64,000 nt of DNA. Origin: an uncultured delta proteobacterium (GTDB lineage: Bacteria > Desulfobacterota > Binatia > UBA9968). The DNA is taken from assembly GCA_963771465.1 (NCBI GenBank), contig CAVYTU010000019.1:64001-128000 (forward strand), read 5' to 3'. The notes under the pieces were generated by a model. The model had not been told where the DNA came from. It did no database searches and saw nothing but the letters and a program-made list of their open reading frames with translations. The position numbers were made by a program, and so were the translations under genes. Shown in pieces: positions 51,357 to 62,328 of the stretch (its first letter is position 1; each line of letters begins with the position of its first letter).

Positions 51357-51466
51357 TTAGTCACACCTCGCCCCCACTCCACACGAAAGGGTGAAGGGTA
51401 AGCGGTTTTAGCGCGAGAATTGTTTTCATTTACAATTTGGAATTTTTAATTTTAAATTGAATCGTC

Positions 51467-52468
51467 CTATGGTATCGGCACCTTGCCTAACATCTCATCG
51501 ATAATTTCATCCGGCGAAATATTCTCGGCCTCCGCGCGCACGGTGCGGATCAAACGATGGCGCAGCGCGTCCGGCGCGATCCGCTTGACGTCGGCCGGCA
51601 GCACGTAGTCCCGGCCGGCAAAGAAGGCAGTCGTCCGCGCTAGAGCCAGCAGATGCTGCGCCGCGCGCGGCGAGGCGCCGTGCAGCACCATTTCGCTGAC
51701 CAAGGTCAAGCTCGTCGGCAATCCATTACGGGTCGCCCGCACGATGCGGATGACGTACTCGCGAATCGCGTCGCTGACGTAGGTTTGGCCGATCTCTCGA
51801 CGAATGCGGATCACATCCGCCGGCGTCATGATCGAGTGCACCGTCACCGCGCTCAAGTTACGCGCCAACATCGCCGCTTCGTCGGCGTGGGACGGATAGT
51901 CCACTTTTACTTTTAGAGAAAATCGATCCACCTGCGCTTCCGGGAGGGCGTACACGCCTTCCTGCTCCACCGGGTTTTGCGTCGCCAGAACCCAAAAGGG
52001 TTCTTCCAACGGATAGGTTGTTTCGCCGATCGTCACTTGGCGCTCCTGCATCGCCTCCAAAAGCGCGCTCTGAGTTTTTTGCGTCGCGCGATTGATCTCG
52101 TCGGCGAGTATCAAATTGGCGAAGATCGGCCCCTTCTCGGTGCGAAAAGAGCTCAGCGCCGTATCGAAGATGCGCGTGCCGATGATGTCGGCGGGAAGCA
52201 GATCGGGGGTGAACTGAATGCGCTGAAACTTGGCGCTGATGGTGTTGGCCAGCGTCATCACCGTCAGTGTCTTGGCCAAGCCGGGAACGCCTTCGAGCAA
52301 CACGTGGCCATAACCCGACTTCTCGTCGCCGTCGCGCCGAAACGAATAAGGAATCTCGGAAAATAGACCGATGAGTAAGCGCTGAATCAGCCACTCCTGG
52401 CCGACGATCACCTTGTTGATCTCCTGCGCCACCGCCTGCACGGCATCCGCAGCGCGTTTCTCACTCAT
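51467..52468 (-). CDS. moxR: MoxR-family AAA+ ATPase
   Basis: HVLLEGVPGLAKT, RIQFTPDLLPAD, DEINRA, ATQNPVEQEG and GASPRA. Confidence 0.95.
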   Translation of the reverse strand: MSEKRAADAVQAVAQEINKVIVGQEWLIQRLLIGLFSEIPYSFRRDGDEKSGYGHVLLEGVPGLAKTLTVMTLANTISAKFQRIQFTPDLLPADIIGTRIFDTALSSFRTEKGPIFANLILADEINRATQKTQSALLEAMQERQVTIGETTYPLEEPFWVLATQNPVEQEGVYALPEAQVDRFSLKVKVDYPSHADEAAMLARNLSAVTVHSIMTPADVIRIRREIGQTYVSDAIREYVIRIVRATRNGLPTSLTLVSEMVLHGASPRAAQHLLALARTTAFFAGRDYVLPADVKRIAPDALRHRLIRTVRAEAENISPDEIIDEMLGKVPIP

Positions 52469-52543
52469 TGCTTCGCCAGCATGCACAGACTACTTGACCT
52501 CGCAGAATGATCTGGAGTTCGAATTGAGAGTACTCGTCGCATC

Positions 52544-53545
52544 TCACAATAACAGCGCGACCAGAAACATCCCTACCGCGGCCATCAATACCGCGTGATG
52601 AAAATCCTGATATTCGACGGACTTTCTAAATCCGACAATTTCGCGCTCGCTCAAGACAATTTCGGCGAAGGACTTTTCCAACTCTAGACCGCTGAAAGAG
52701 CGGTAAAATTTGCCGCCGGTGCTCTCGGCGATCCAATGCAAATTGCTCTCATCGAAGCGGCTGATGATCCGGTTGCCCTTGTCGTCTTCGAGATAGATCG
52801 GCCGGTCCTTCTCATAGCCGACCGGTATCGGCGCGCCGTCGCGCGAACCGACGCCGATGGTATGAACTTTTATGCCCTGCTCTTTGACCTCGGCGACCGC
52901 CGCATTGAGCTCATTGCCGTTGTCCTCGCCGTCCGAAAGCAAAATGAAAACCTTTTTGTGGCGCGCCGTTTCCGGCAGGATTTCAGTTTCTTTCTTGACC
53001 ACGGTTAGACCGTTTCTCAGCCCGCGGCCGATATTGGTGCCGTGATTGATCGTTGCGTCGTCTTTTAAATAGTCGATGTAGTAGTGAATATTATTGGCGT
53101 CCTCGGTTAGGTACGAAACGACTATGCTGTTGCCGGCAAAAGAGACCAGACCGATGCGGTCTTGTGCCAACTTGGTGCGCACGAACGAACCCATCACGTC
53201 TAACGCGCGCGCCAAGCGCGACGGCTGAATATCGCCGGCGCGCATCGACGGCGAGGTATCGAGCAAAAAAACCAAATCCATGATGCCGGGCTGGGGAATC
53301 TTTCGCTCTTGAATCCACTGCGGATGAGCCAGCGCGACAATGATCGCGGTCATCACCAAGTTCAATAATAAGCAGCGTAAGAAATCCTTGCGCACGGACG
53401 CGACGTGGGAGATGCGCGTGAGCGCGCGGCCGACGCCCAAGATTTTCCGCGTGCGCCGTTTGGTATAGATAAAGTAGAGCCAACACGGCAACAGCGCGAG
53501 CAGCAGAAAAAACCACTTGAAATAGTCAGGGTAGAGAAATTTCAT
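52544..53545 (-). CDS. Membrane-anchored VWA protein (BatB/MxaL-like)
   Basis: DTSPSM.A.DIQPSRL, GTNIG and LSDGED. Confidence 0.88.
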   Translation of the reverse strand: MKFLYPDYFKWFFLLLALLPCWLYFIYTKRRTRKILGVGRALTRISHVASVRKDFLRCLLLNLVMTAIIVALAHPQWIQERKIPQPGIMDLVFLLDTSPSMRAGDIQPSRLARALDVMGSFVRTKLAQDRIGLVSFAGNSIVVSYLTEDANNIHYYIDYLKDDATINHGTNIGRGLRNGLTVVKKETEILPETARHKKVFILLSDGEDNGNELNAAVAEVKEQGIKVHTIGVGSRDGAPIPVGYEKDRPIYLEDDKGNRIISRFDESNLHWIAESTGGKFYRSFSGLELEKSFAEIVLSEREIVGFRKSVEYQDFHHAVLMAAVGMFLVALLL

Positions 53546-53559
53546 CGCCAACAAGCCAT

Positions 53560-54177
53560 CTAGCCGCGCTTCTCAGGTGCCATCTGCTGTTGCGATGGGT
53601 CTTGGGGACGCATTTTTTCGATCAGGGTTTTGACTTTTTGCTGCTGCTTTTCCTGACTGCGATCTTGCTTCGCAAAAATCGCGCGAACCAACTCGTAGTC
53701 GAACTTTAGATCCCAATCGTCGGGCTTCGCCGCCAGTCCTTTCTGATATTCGGACAATGCCCCTTTGAGCGCAGCCAACGACGCCTCCGGGTTTTTGCTC
53801 TCGGTGGCTTGACGGAACAACAGATTGCCCATCCAGAACGCGTAATCGCTGCTTTCGGCCAACTCCGGTAGATTAGCCGGCGATTGTTCAAGTTTTTCCA
53901 CGGCCGCTTGATTTTGTTTCTGGTGATAGAGAATCGCTACCTGGTTGAGATTGACCTGGGTGTATTCTTCCTTGAACAGCCTTGCCAACCAAGGCAGTTT
54001 TTGAAATGGCATCTCGGCGCGGCGATAGGACTCCAGCGCTGCCGTGCTATCGCCCTGCTGAAACGCATTTTGAGCGGCCTCGAACTGCCGTGTCATCCAG
54101 CCGTAACCCAACAGTCCCAGAGAGAGCAGCAGCAACAACAGATAACCGGCGGTAATAAGATATTTTCGAATCGGCAT
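53560..54177 (-). CDS. TPR-like protein (BatC/MxaK-like)
   Basis: N-terminal TM, helical repeats, PDDWDLKFDYEL. Confidence 0.75.
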   Translation of the reverse strand: MPIRKYLITAGYLLLLLLSLGLLGYGWMTRQFEAAQNAFQQGDSTAALESYRRAEMPFQKLPWLARLFKEEYTQVNLNQVAILYHQKQNQAAVEKLEQSPANLPELAESSDYAFWMGNLLFRQATESKNPEASLAALKGALSEYQKGLAAKPDDWDLKFDYELVRAIFAKQDRSQEKQQQKVKTLIEKMRPQDPSQQQMAPEKRG

Positions 54178-54181
54178 TGTT

Positions 54182-54580
54182 TCACTTGCTCTCAGTGGGA
54201 AACTTGCGCTGTGCCCAGGCAGAGAAGCCATTTTCCAGCACCGCGACGTTGCGATAGCCTTTGCCGCGCAGCATCAAGTAGGAATACGACTCATCGACGC
54301 CGCCGGGCGGACAAGCGCAATAAAGCACCACGCGGCCCGCTTTCGGGATCTCTCCGAGCCGTTTCGCCAACTCGGCGATGGGAATCGACAGCGCGCCCGG
54401 TAAATGCGCCTTTTGGAAATCGCCAGCCGGACGCAGATCGACAAAGATAAACTTCTCGCCGCCCTCGAGCAGCTTCTTAACCCGTTCGGCGGAAATCGGT
54501 TCAATATATTCGTCATCGTGGCCCGCATGCGCTACCATCGGCGCGACCGTCGCGCAGGCCAAAGATCGCCAAGGTGACAA
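54182..54580 (-). CDS. Rhodanese-like protein with YCxCP loop, probably exported
   Basis: VDLRP, HLPGALSIP, LYCACP and LENGFSAW; AHA-GH cleavage-like site; start uncertain. Confidence 0.85.
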   Translation of the reverse strand: MSPWRSLACATVAPMVAHAGHDDEYIEPISAERVKKLLEGGEKFIFVDLRPAGDFQKAHLPGALSIPIAELAKRLGEIPKAGRVVLYCACPPGGVDESYSYLMLRGKGYRNVAVLENGFSAWAQRKFPTESK

Positions 54581-54652
54581 TCGCAGGTAAGCGTCTGAAT
54601 CGACGTATGCCCGCGATGCGAGCGCCGAGTCTGATTTGCCGGCCGTACATGA

Positions 54653-56370
54653 TTACTTGAGATTGTCGTAGATAACCTTGCCGCCGACGATCGTCATGAC
54701 GCTGGTGATCTTGCCAATCTCTTCGTCACTGACGGTCAGGTAATCCTTGTCTAGCACCACCATGTCACCCCATTTGCCGATTTCCAAGGTGCCGAGAAGT
54801 TTGTCACGGAGCACGTACTCCGATGCCCAACGGGTCGCCATCAGCAGCGCGGTTTTGCGGTCGATGGCGTTGCGCGCGCCCCAGACTCGGCCATCGGCGT
54901 CTTTGCGGGTAATTAGAGTGCCCAGCCCGGAAAACGGCTTGATCCCAAGATCAGCGTCGTCTTGCTGCCAGGCCACCCGGCCACCGGCATCGAGAATCGA
55001 TTTCACCGGCAACACCCAACGGTGCGCCGCCTCCTCGCCGTAATCGCGCATCACTTGATTGGTGCGCAGGAGATATTTCGGCGCGCAGCTCCAGGTAATG
55101 TTGAGTTTCTTGGCGCGCTCGATCTGATCCGGCCGCGGGTTCATGGTGCAATGATCGATGGCGTGGTTCTTGGAGCGGATTTGATCCAACGTCAGCCCGC
55201 TTCCGCGCTGGCTTTCTCGATAATGTCCATCAGCACGTCGGTGGCTTTATCGCCGGCACTATGAGTTCCAGCGATCCGAACGCCCGCCTTGACGGCCGCC
55301 CAAGCGGCACGCCCACGCACGTTATCGGTAGTCAGCCGGCAATCCTCGCGCGCTTTAATTTTGGGATCCGGCGACAGCGTCGTGCACACGCCTGGATAGG
55401 AAGAATCCGTCGAGCCGGACGAAATGCCGATCAGCCAGAACCGCTCGGTGCCGTGGCCGATCAGATTGCCAAAGCGATTGACGAAACTCTCGCCATAAAT
55501 GTTATCGCGATAACCGGCCTCATTGGTGTAAGCGAGCCGGATCGGCATCATGCCTTTTTGATCCATGTAATGAAACGCCGAGATCGCTTCCGAACCCAAA
55601 GACGAAGACCAGGTCGTGACTCCGGCGGCGCCCCACATCTCCAATTCCTTCAAATAGATCGGCGCGAGATCTTCCGGCTTGGGCTTGGGAATAATCTCTT
55701 CGTAGAATATGAGACTGACGCCGGCGCCGATGCGGCCGGTAAATTCTCCCTGTTGGTTTTTCGGAATCTCGAGCTGCGCTGGATCGTAGCGCTTGAGCAG
55801 CTGCTCCAACGCTTTGCTGTTGGCCATCGCTTTGGTGTCGGTGACATGAACCATGGTCGGATTGTTCGGCGTAAACTTGTCCAAGTCGAAGCGTGTCTTG
55901 TTGTTGACGAAACCATCGGCGACGCTGCGCGGGCGGATGCGCGTGATCAGCCACTCGCCGGGTTTCTTTTTCTTGGCTGCTTCGGCCAAACGCTCAAGCA
56001 TTTCCTCTTCGGTGCGCCCTTCGATCTTCACTTCTAACAAATCTGGGTTCATCGTCGGCGCATGGCGGTCGAGGCCGTACTCATGCAAGTGGGAATGAGT
56101 ATCGATAAGGCCGGGAATCACCGCGCGACCGCGCAAATCGATGCGCCGGGTCGCTGGGCCGGCGAGCGCCAGCACTTCCGCATTGCGCCCGACTTTGAGA
56201 ATCTTGCCGTCGCGCACGGCGATCGCCTGCGCCAGACTGAAATTCGCATCCACCGTGATGATCTTACCGTTGTGCAGCACCAAGTCGGCATAACGAATCA
56301 CTTCGGCGGGCAGAGCCTGCGCCCAAGCGTGTCCGCCGCCCAGCGCGAAATATAGGGCGATCACGCGCAT
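54653..56370 (-). CDS. Secreted YtcJ-like amidohydrolase (Amidohydro_3), frameshift near 55195
   Basis: AWA-Q signal, PGLIDTHSH, HSAGD, IDH and GTLEIGKWGD; one added base restores AGLTLDQ; true start may be 56407. Confidence 0.88.
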
Positions 56371-56428
56371 GAAAATCTTTCTTTCGCGTTGTCAGAGTGA
56401 ATCGCATCGCTATCTCTCCCTCTTAGCT

Positions 56429-57505
56429 TTATTCACCAACCCGCGGCAGCCCCCAAGCATCCACCGCGATCCGTTTCATTAAATCGTCTTCCCGGTCACG
56501 GCAACCGACGCCACAGATCGAAACGTTCGCGCCCGTCGCTAGTTTATGCGCCAACGTCTTTGGCACCAGAAACGACGCCCGGCCGGGATCCACCGCATCC
56601 AATACCTCCTGACCTTCCTGTGATGCGAGAAATTCAATCCACAACAGCGCCGCATGGCGATTTGGCGCGCGGGCGAAAACCGCGGTCGGCTCGTGGAAGG
56701 CCGCCGGCAAAGGATTGGCCACCAGCCGCTTGATCGGCGCGCTGGGATTGTCCCTGACAAAACGTTCCAACGCGTGCAAATAGACACCGCACATGAACGA
56801 GAATTCGCCGGCGGCGAGTCGGGTCAACCCTTGAGTGCTGCCGCGCACCACGATGGGATTATTTTGCTTGAGCTTGCGCGCGTAGTCCAAAAGTTTGTCC
56901 TGTCCCCAACGAGCGGCCAGCGACGCCAGCACATTGGGTTTGCTGTCGACGGTGAATTTGCCGTTCCATTTGGCATCGAGACAGCTCTCCCAGCCGGACG
57001 GCAGAGAATCGGCGCCAACTCGATTGGCATTGTAAGCCATGATGCCGATGATGCTGCCGCTCCACACCACTACGCCGGAATCATCGATCATTTCCTGGGG
57101 AATGTTTAGCTGCCCATTTTGGACAATTTTTTTGTAGTCGTACTGGCGAAACAAGTTATTCGAAAAGTATTGGCTCCAGACATTGGGTGCCGGCCGAAAC
57201 GCGTCCACCACCGTCTTGCCTTCGATCAATTCGCCCAACTGCTTTCGAAAGTCGGCCGGTTTGGACCAAACGACATCGTTAATGAACGGGTATTTCTTCT
57301 TGAACGCTTCGATCAGATGGGGCGTCGTGCTCTCCTCAAATCCCGGAGAAACGATCAGCTTGCCTTCTTTCCGCGCGCCTTCGAGAATATGCCCCCTGGT
57401 TTCGTAGATCAGTTCGGGCGCGCTTTGTGAGAATGCGCGCGAGCAAAATGGCCAAGCTGCCAGAGCAAAAATAATCAAGCCAAGCACGCTCTTATTTCTG
57501 TTCAT
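56429..57505 (-). CDS. ABC substrate-binding protein, divergent member of the same family
   Basis: Signal peptide, ARKEGKL, AYN and HAALLWIEFLASQEGQ. Confidence 0.85.
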   Translation of the reverse strand: MNRNKSVLGLIIFALAAWPFCSRAFSQSAPELIYETRGHILEGARKEGKLIVSPGFEESTTPHLIEAFKKKYPFINDVVWSKPADFRKQLGELIEGKTVVDAFRPAPNVWSQYFSNNLFRQYDYKKIVQNGQLNIPQEMIDDSGVVVWSGSIIGIMAYNANRVGADSLPSGWESCLDAKWNGKFTVDSKPNVLASLAARWGQDKLLDYARKLKQNNPIVVRGSTQGLTRLAAGEFSFMCGVYLHALERFVRDNPSAPIKRLVANPLPAAFHEPTAVFARAPNRHAALLWIEFLASQEGQEVLDAVDPGRASFLVPKTLAHKLATGANVSICGVGCRDREDDLMKRIAVDAWGLPRVGE

Positions 57506-57655
57506 GTCATGTTCTCCAGCAGAAAACAGCGGCCCAATCTCACTTGGATAACTATTTGCCTTATACTACCGCGCTTCGGCTAGCGTCAAACGACGTAACC
57601 CAACTTTAATCGACGACATGAATTTCTGTTTGCGTGCTTTGCGGCTAATTCATTT

Positions 57656-59711
57656 CTAGTGCACGTGGTCATCGGGCGCCGGCGCGGACGGCGTCTCCTG
57701 GTTCAGTCGATCGACGTCGCGAAAAAGATTATCCAGTTTGTCCCAACCCGGCGCCATCGCGCGGGATCCAGCGCGCGCGCACATAGCCTTGGCGATCGAT
57801 GAGAAACTCCATATGCGGCGGCACCGGCGGGTCGGGCTGGGTGCCCTGCTCGGAAAAACTACGGCGGTAAAGCGCGTAGGCGTCGAACGCTTCACGGCTG
57901 CCGTCGGTAACCAGCGATAGCGACTTGATCTTGGCGTCGAGGCCGCGCACTTCGCTCAACTCTCTCGGTACGAGGAGAACCTTTACGTTCTTGGACTGCA
58001 GTTCACTCGATAATTTTTCCAGCTCGGTGAGCCGCGCTAGCGAATCCGGCAAGGAAAAAAGCACGAGCATGACGACATTGTTGCCGCGATGATCCTTGAG
58101 CGAGTGGTTCTCGTCGTTGACAGTGCGATAAACAAAATCCGGCGCCACCAACCAAGGCTCAGGCTCCACCAGCGCGGACATCTGGCGCGCCCGCTCGGCC
58201 GCCGACAGCGTGCGCAGAAAATTGATCATGTCCCAGCGTTCTTCTTCGTCCAAGCTCGCGCGCGAAACCCGGCATCCGGCTGGCGTGCCGTCTCGTTTGA
58301 ATCCGTAAGTCAGCCACCAGAAGAGATCGCCGGCCGTGTGATCGGCGGAGTGCTTGGCCGTCAAATCCGCCGGTCTGGGTTTGAACCCTTTGCCATTGGG
58401 ACCGTCGCCGTAGCCGCCGACGCCGTGGCAGGTCGCGCACGCTTCTTGGTAAAAATGATCACCATTGGCGACGGAAATAACGTTGTAGGGAACCGAGGGA
58501 CGAAGATAGGTGGTCGGGTAAGCGTCGATGGAAATCGCCGTGTGATAAATCCAACCGCCGTAACCGAGTGTCGCCAAACTGACGCCGAGCAAACGATAAC
58601 GTGGCCGGCGCCGCAGCATAAACGCGCAGGCGAAACCGATAACGCCGGCGCCCACGAGCCACTTGGCGTCGCTCATTTGCGCGCGGAGCTTCGCGCTTAC
58701 GCCAGTGGTGTTCCAATTCCAGCGAAACGCAAACGGCCACTCCGGCTGGACATGGCGCGCCGGCGGCGTGACGCTCATCATGCCGACAACGACTAAAATA
58801 CCTGCGCCAAAAATCGCCTCCCGCGTGACGTTGCGCCGGAGCCGATGCAGCAGTTCGGCAATGTTCGCCGCGGCTTGTGCAACGCCCGACGCGAGAATGC
58901 GCGGTTTGAGTTTAAAAAGATTGACCGCTGCGAGCGCGATCAATGGCACAATCAACGCGAGCTTTGTCAGAAGTAATTGCCCATAACTCGTTCCGAGCAG
59001 GGGCGGCACCGCGCCGACCAGCGTCCAAGCGTTGTATGCGCCGGTTGCGATGAGAATCGTAACGCTGACAAATCCAAGCGCGGAGAAGCGCCGGGTAGCC
59101 GCCTTAAACACGGCTTCATTCCAAGCTGGCACCACGCGGCTCAACCAAAGCAGAAACCATGCGAAGAAGACCAATCCGCCCAGCCACGTGCTGGCTGCAA
59201 GCAAATGCGCCGCTGCGACCGCGAGCTGCACAGCGAGCCAAAGGCCTTCGCCAGCAGCAGCATGACCGGAGAAAACCGGCGCCATCACCAACAATGCCGC
59301 GAATATTAACCCAGCTGCCCGCCAATTAGTGGATTCGCTCCGATCCAAGCGATTGAAGATAACTTCCAAGAACAGCAGCAAGATCATTCGCATCGACCAC
59401 ACCAAGCCGTAGCGGGTGCCGATCAATACTCCGGCCATGACCGTCGGATTCAACGCCGCGGCGAAGGACAAACCGGAGACGGCGACGATTTGCAGCCAGA
59501 ACGCCAACAGGCCGGATAAGAAAACCGCCAGCAGCGCCCAGCGCGCGACGCGCCGCTGGCGGCCGTCGAATGCCGCGAACTCAGGCGATTCTAAACCGCC
59601 GGCGCTGGCCAATGCGGGGCGTGATACCAGGAAGTAAAATGCCAAAGAGCCAAACAGCAGCGCGGTGGAAGCGAGATGAAAAAATCGAATGAGGCCTGAA
59701 GCGGTAATCAC
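57656..59711 (-). CDS. copD: CopD + cytochrome c + thioredoxin/peroxiredoxin-fold fusion (frameshifts near 58275 and 57748)
   Basis: RFFH, SGHAAA, HLLAASTWLGGL, RRFS and YGQLLLTK; CATCH; APDF and FLIDRQGYVRARW; C-terminal DDHVH. Confidence 0.88.
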
Positions 59712-59826
59712 TGGACTAGATAATTTACATTCGCCCCCGTTTCGTTCTTGCAGCCGCGCCGAGGGCGCCGGAACGCTGGCGCGGCGACAAACTTCGACAC
59801 CAGCGAGAGCTGTTAGTGTGGATGGA

Positions 59827-60276
59827 TCAGTTGGTCTTGGCGCCGCTCGCCACGGGGAATTTGCGCTGCAGCCAGCCTTTGATGCCCTCGGGCATGATCG
59901 CGATATTGCGATAGCCGTGATCATCCTTGAGCACCTGAAAGGCATCCTGAATTAGCGTTGCCTGCGGACAGTCGCAGTAAAGAATCACCCGGCCTGAGCG
60001 TGGAATCGCTTTCAAGTTATTTTCCAGTTCCTTCATCGGAATCGAGCGCGCGCCGGGCAATCGACGCTCTTGAAACTCTTTAGTCGTGCGCAGGTCGATG
60101 ATGACCAAAGCTTCCTTGTTGTCCAAATAGAACTTCACCCGCTCCGGCGTCACCATGTCGACGACATCTTCGGCGTCGTGCGCCGCTTCAATAATCGGGG
60201 CGATGGACAATAGTGCCGCGCCAAGCGCGAGCAACAGAATCCCCAAGCAAACACGATTGCGAATTCGTCCAACCAT
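59827..60276 (-). CDS. Exported rhodanese-like protein with YCxCP loop
   Basis: Signal peptide, IDLR, LPGARSIP, LYCDCP and EGIKGW. Confidence 0.85.
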   Translation of the reverse strand: MVGRIRNRVCLGILLLALGAALLSIAPIIEAAHDAEDVVDMVTPERVKFYLDNKEALVIIDLRTTKEFQERRLPGARSIPMKELENNLKAIPRSGRVILYCDCPQATLIQDAFQVLKDDHGYRNIAIMPEGIKGWLQRKFPVASGAKTN

Positions 60277-60302
60277 AATCAGAAACTCCCTAAAGGTGCT
60301 GA

Positions 60303-60386
60303 TTCACCACAGGGTCACGAAGGTTTTGTGTAGTGGCGCAGCGCGCTGCGCCACTACTTCGTGCGCTTTGTGTCCTTCGTGGTGAA
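60303..60386. repeat. Composite repeat: CACCAC-type inverted element enclosing a GTAG palindrome
   Basis: TTCACCAC...GTGGTGAA ends; perfect 28-bp palindrome GTAGTGGCGCAGCGCGCTGCGCCACTAC at 60330-60357. Confidence 0.8.
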
Positions 60387-60413
60387 GCCCTACTCTCTCG
60401 CACCGCGCTGCCG

Positions 60414-62172
60414 TTAGAAATTTGGCGCCTGATGCAAGACCTTGCCGCCGACCATGGTGAGCAGCGACTTGATTTTCCTGATCTCTCTTTCCGGCACCGT
60501 GAAGTAATCATTGTCCAAGATCAGCAGATCGCCGAATTTGCCGCGCTCCAAGGAGCCGAGCAGGTTCTGGCGAAGCACGTACTCCGCCGCCCAGTTGGTC
60601 GACATCTTCATCGCTCGCACCCGGTCGATGCGCTCGCGGCCATTGTACACTTTGCCTTCGACTTCGCGATTGACCAGCACGTCAAGATAGTGAAACACCG
60701 TGCCGACTTTGAAAATCTCGTTGTCATCTACTTCCATCACGGTTTTTACATTGGCGTCAAGCAAACTCTTGATCGGCGCCACCCAGGACAAATATTTTTC
60801 ACCGTAATCGCGCAGCACCCGCGGGCTCTCCTCGATATATTTGGGCGCGCAACTCATCATGATATTGAGCTTTTGCAGCCGTGGAATTTGGTCCGGGCGG
60901 GGATTCATCGTGCAGTGGTCGATGGCATGCCCCTTGGCGCTAATTTGCTCCAGGGAATAGCCGGCCCGCGCGCTGCCTTTTTCAATGGCGTCTAACGTCA
61001 TGTCGAGAGCCTTGTCCCCGGCGGTGTGAGTGCCCGACCAGCGCAAGCCGGACGCAACGGCACTCTCGACGAAATCCTCGAAACCGGTGTTGTGTATCTC
61101 GCGATCCTTGATCTCTTTGGGAATGTCCGGTGGTTGGATGGTGGTAAGAATGCCGGGATAGGAAGCATCGATGCCGCGCATGCTAGCGCCGACAAACCAG
61201 AGATAATCGGTTCCGTAGCCGCTTATCCCGTGCATCTCTGGAACCACCTGCGCCGGCGTGCCGACGCCCGGCGTATAACCGTATCGAATACCGATCTCGC
61301 CGCGTTGATCCAAAAGCTGATAAGCGGCGAGGATCTTGAGCGAACGAATGTTACTCGACCAAGTCGTGACGCCGTAGCTTGCCCAGCGAAGATTTTCTGC
61401 TTTGTAGATTTCCGCGAGTTTCTCCACGGTCGGAATCAAGTGATCCGACAACACCATGCGATTGATGGTATTCGAGGAAAAACCATCCTCGCGCATCAGA
61501 TTCGGTTCCATCGGTCCATGCCAACCGGCGCGAATCAGCTCCTGCGCTTTGCCGTTGGTGATCGACGAAGTCCGCGTCCGCAAATAAACCGGATTATTGG
61601 GCGCGATCTGGTCCATCTCGCTGCGGGTGACCACTTGGCTGCGCATCGCGGCCTGCACGGCATCCATCGGCTTGCCGTCTTTACCGATCGCTTGTCTCGG
61701 CAAGTCCAATGCGATCCACTCGCCAGGCTTGCGCTTCTTCACTTCTTGGCGAATCACGTCAAGAGTTTTTTGTTTCACGTTTTCCCAAGTTTCGTTTTGC
61801 TCGGCGCGCACGCGCAAGCCTCGGCGAGCCTTCGCCGAGCGAATCCATCGCATAATCGAAGAGATGTGAATGGGTATCAATAATCCCCGGCACCACCGTA
61901 CGCCCTTTGGCGTCAATCACCCGGGTCTGCGGTCCGCGCAAGGCAAGAATCTGTTTATTCGTAGCCGCGAGTAAAATTTTGCCATCTCTGACCGCCACCG
62001 CTTCAACAACCGCGCCGGCATTGGCGGAATTACTCTTATCGTCCATCGTGTAGATTTTGCCGTTATGCACGATGACATCCGGATAGCTGACAACCTCCGG
62101 CGGCAAGCTTTGGGACCACGCGGCCGTCGTCACACTGAAGAGCACGAGCAAACTAAAAAACAATCGTTTCAT
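60414..62172 (-). CDS. Secreted YtcJ-like amidohydrolase, second paralog, frameshift near 61818
   Basis: Sec signal AWS-Q, PGIIDTHSH, HTAGD, IDH and GSLERGKFGD. Confidence 0.88.
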
Positions 62173-62328
62173 GAGATCCTCCCCAACCAATTTTAAGTCG
62201 ATGTTGTTGTTAACGCGCAGTTTCTTGCCGTGTAGCACACACCCAGTCGTTTGAAAAGCCATTGATCGCAAACGAATAGCTTCGCATCGGGCGCAACGAT
62301 GACCACACCCGCGTTAAGCGCAAAAAAA

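Noticed and set aside
48341-54177. Calling the MoxR/VWA genes a methanol dehydrogenase (mxa) cluster
   Set aside because: No mxaF/xoxF, mxaG/I or pqq genes are in the window; only the analogy is supported
55186-55200. Programmed frameshift or selenocysteine TGA in the amidohydrolase
   Set aside because: The downstream part is in a different frame, no slippery heptamer is present, and the paralog is continuous here
59712-59945. N-terminal extension of the CopD ORF
   Set aside because: It overlaps the rhodanese gene; CopD similarity starts near GTG 59711
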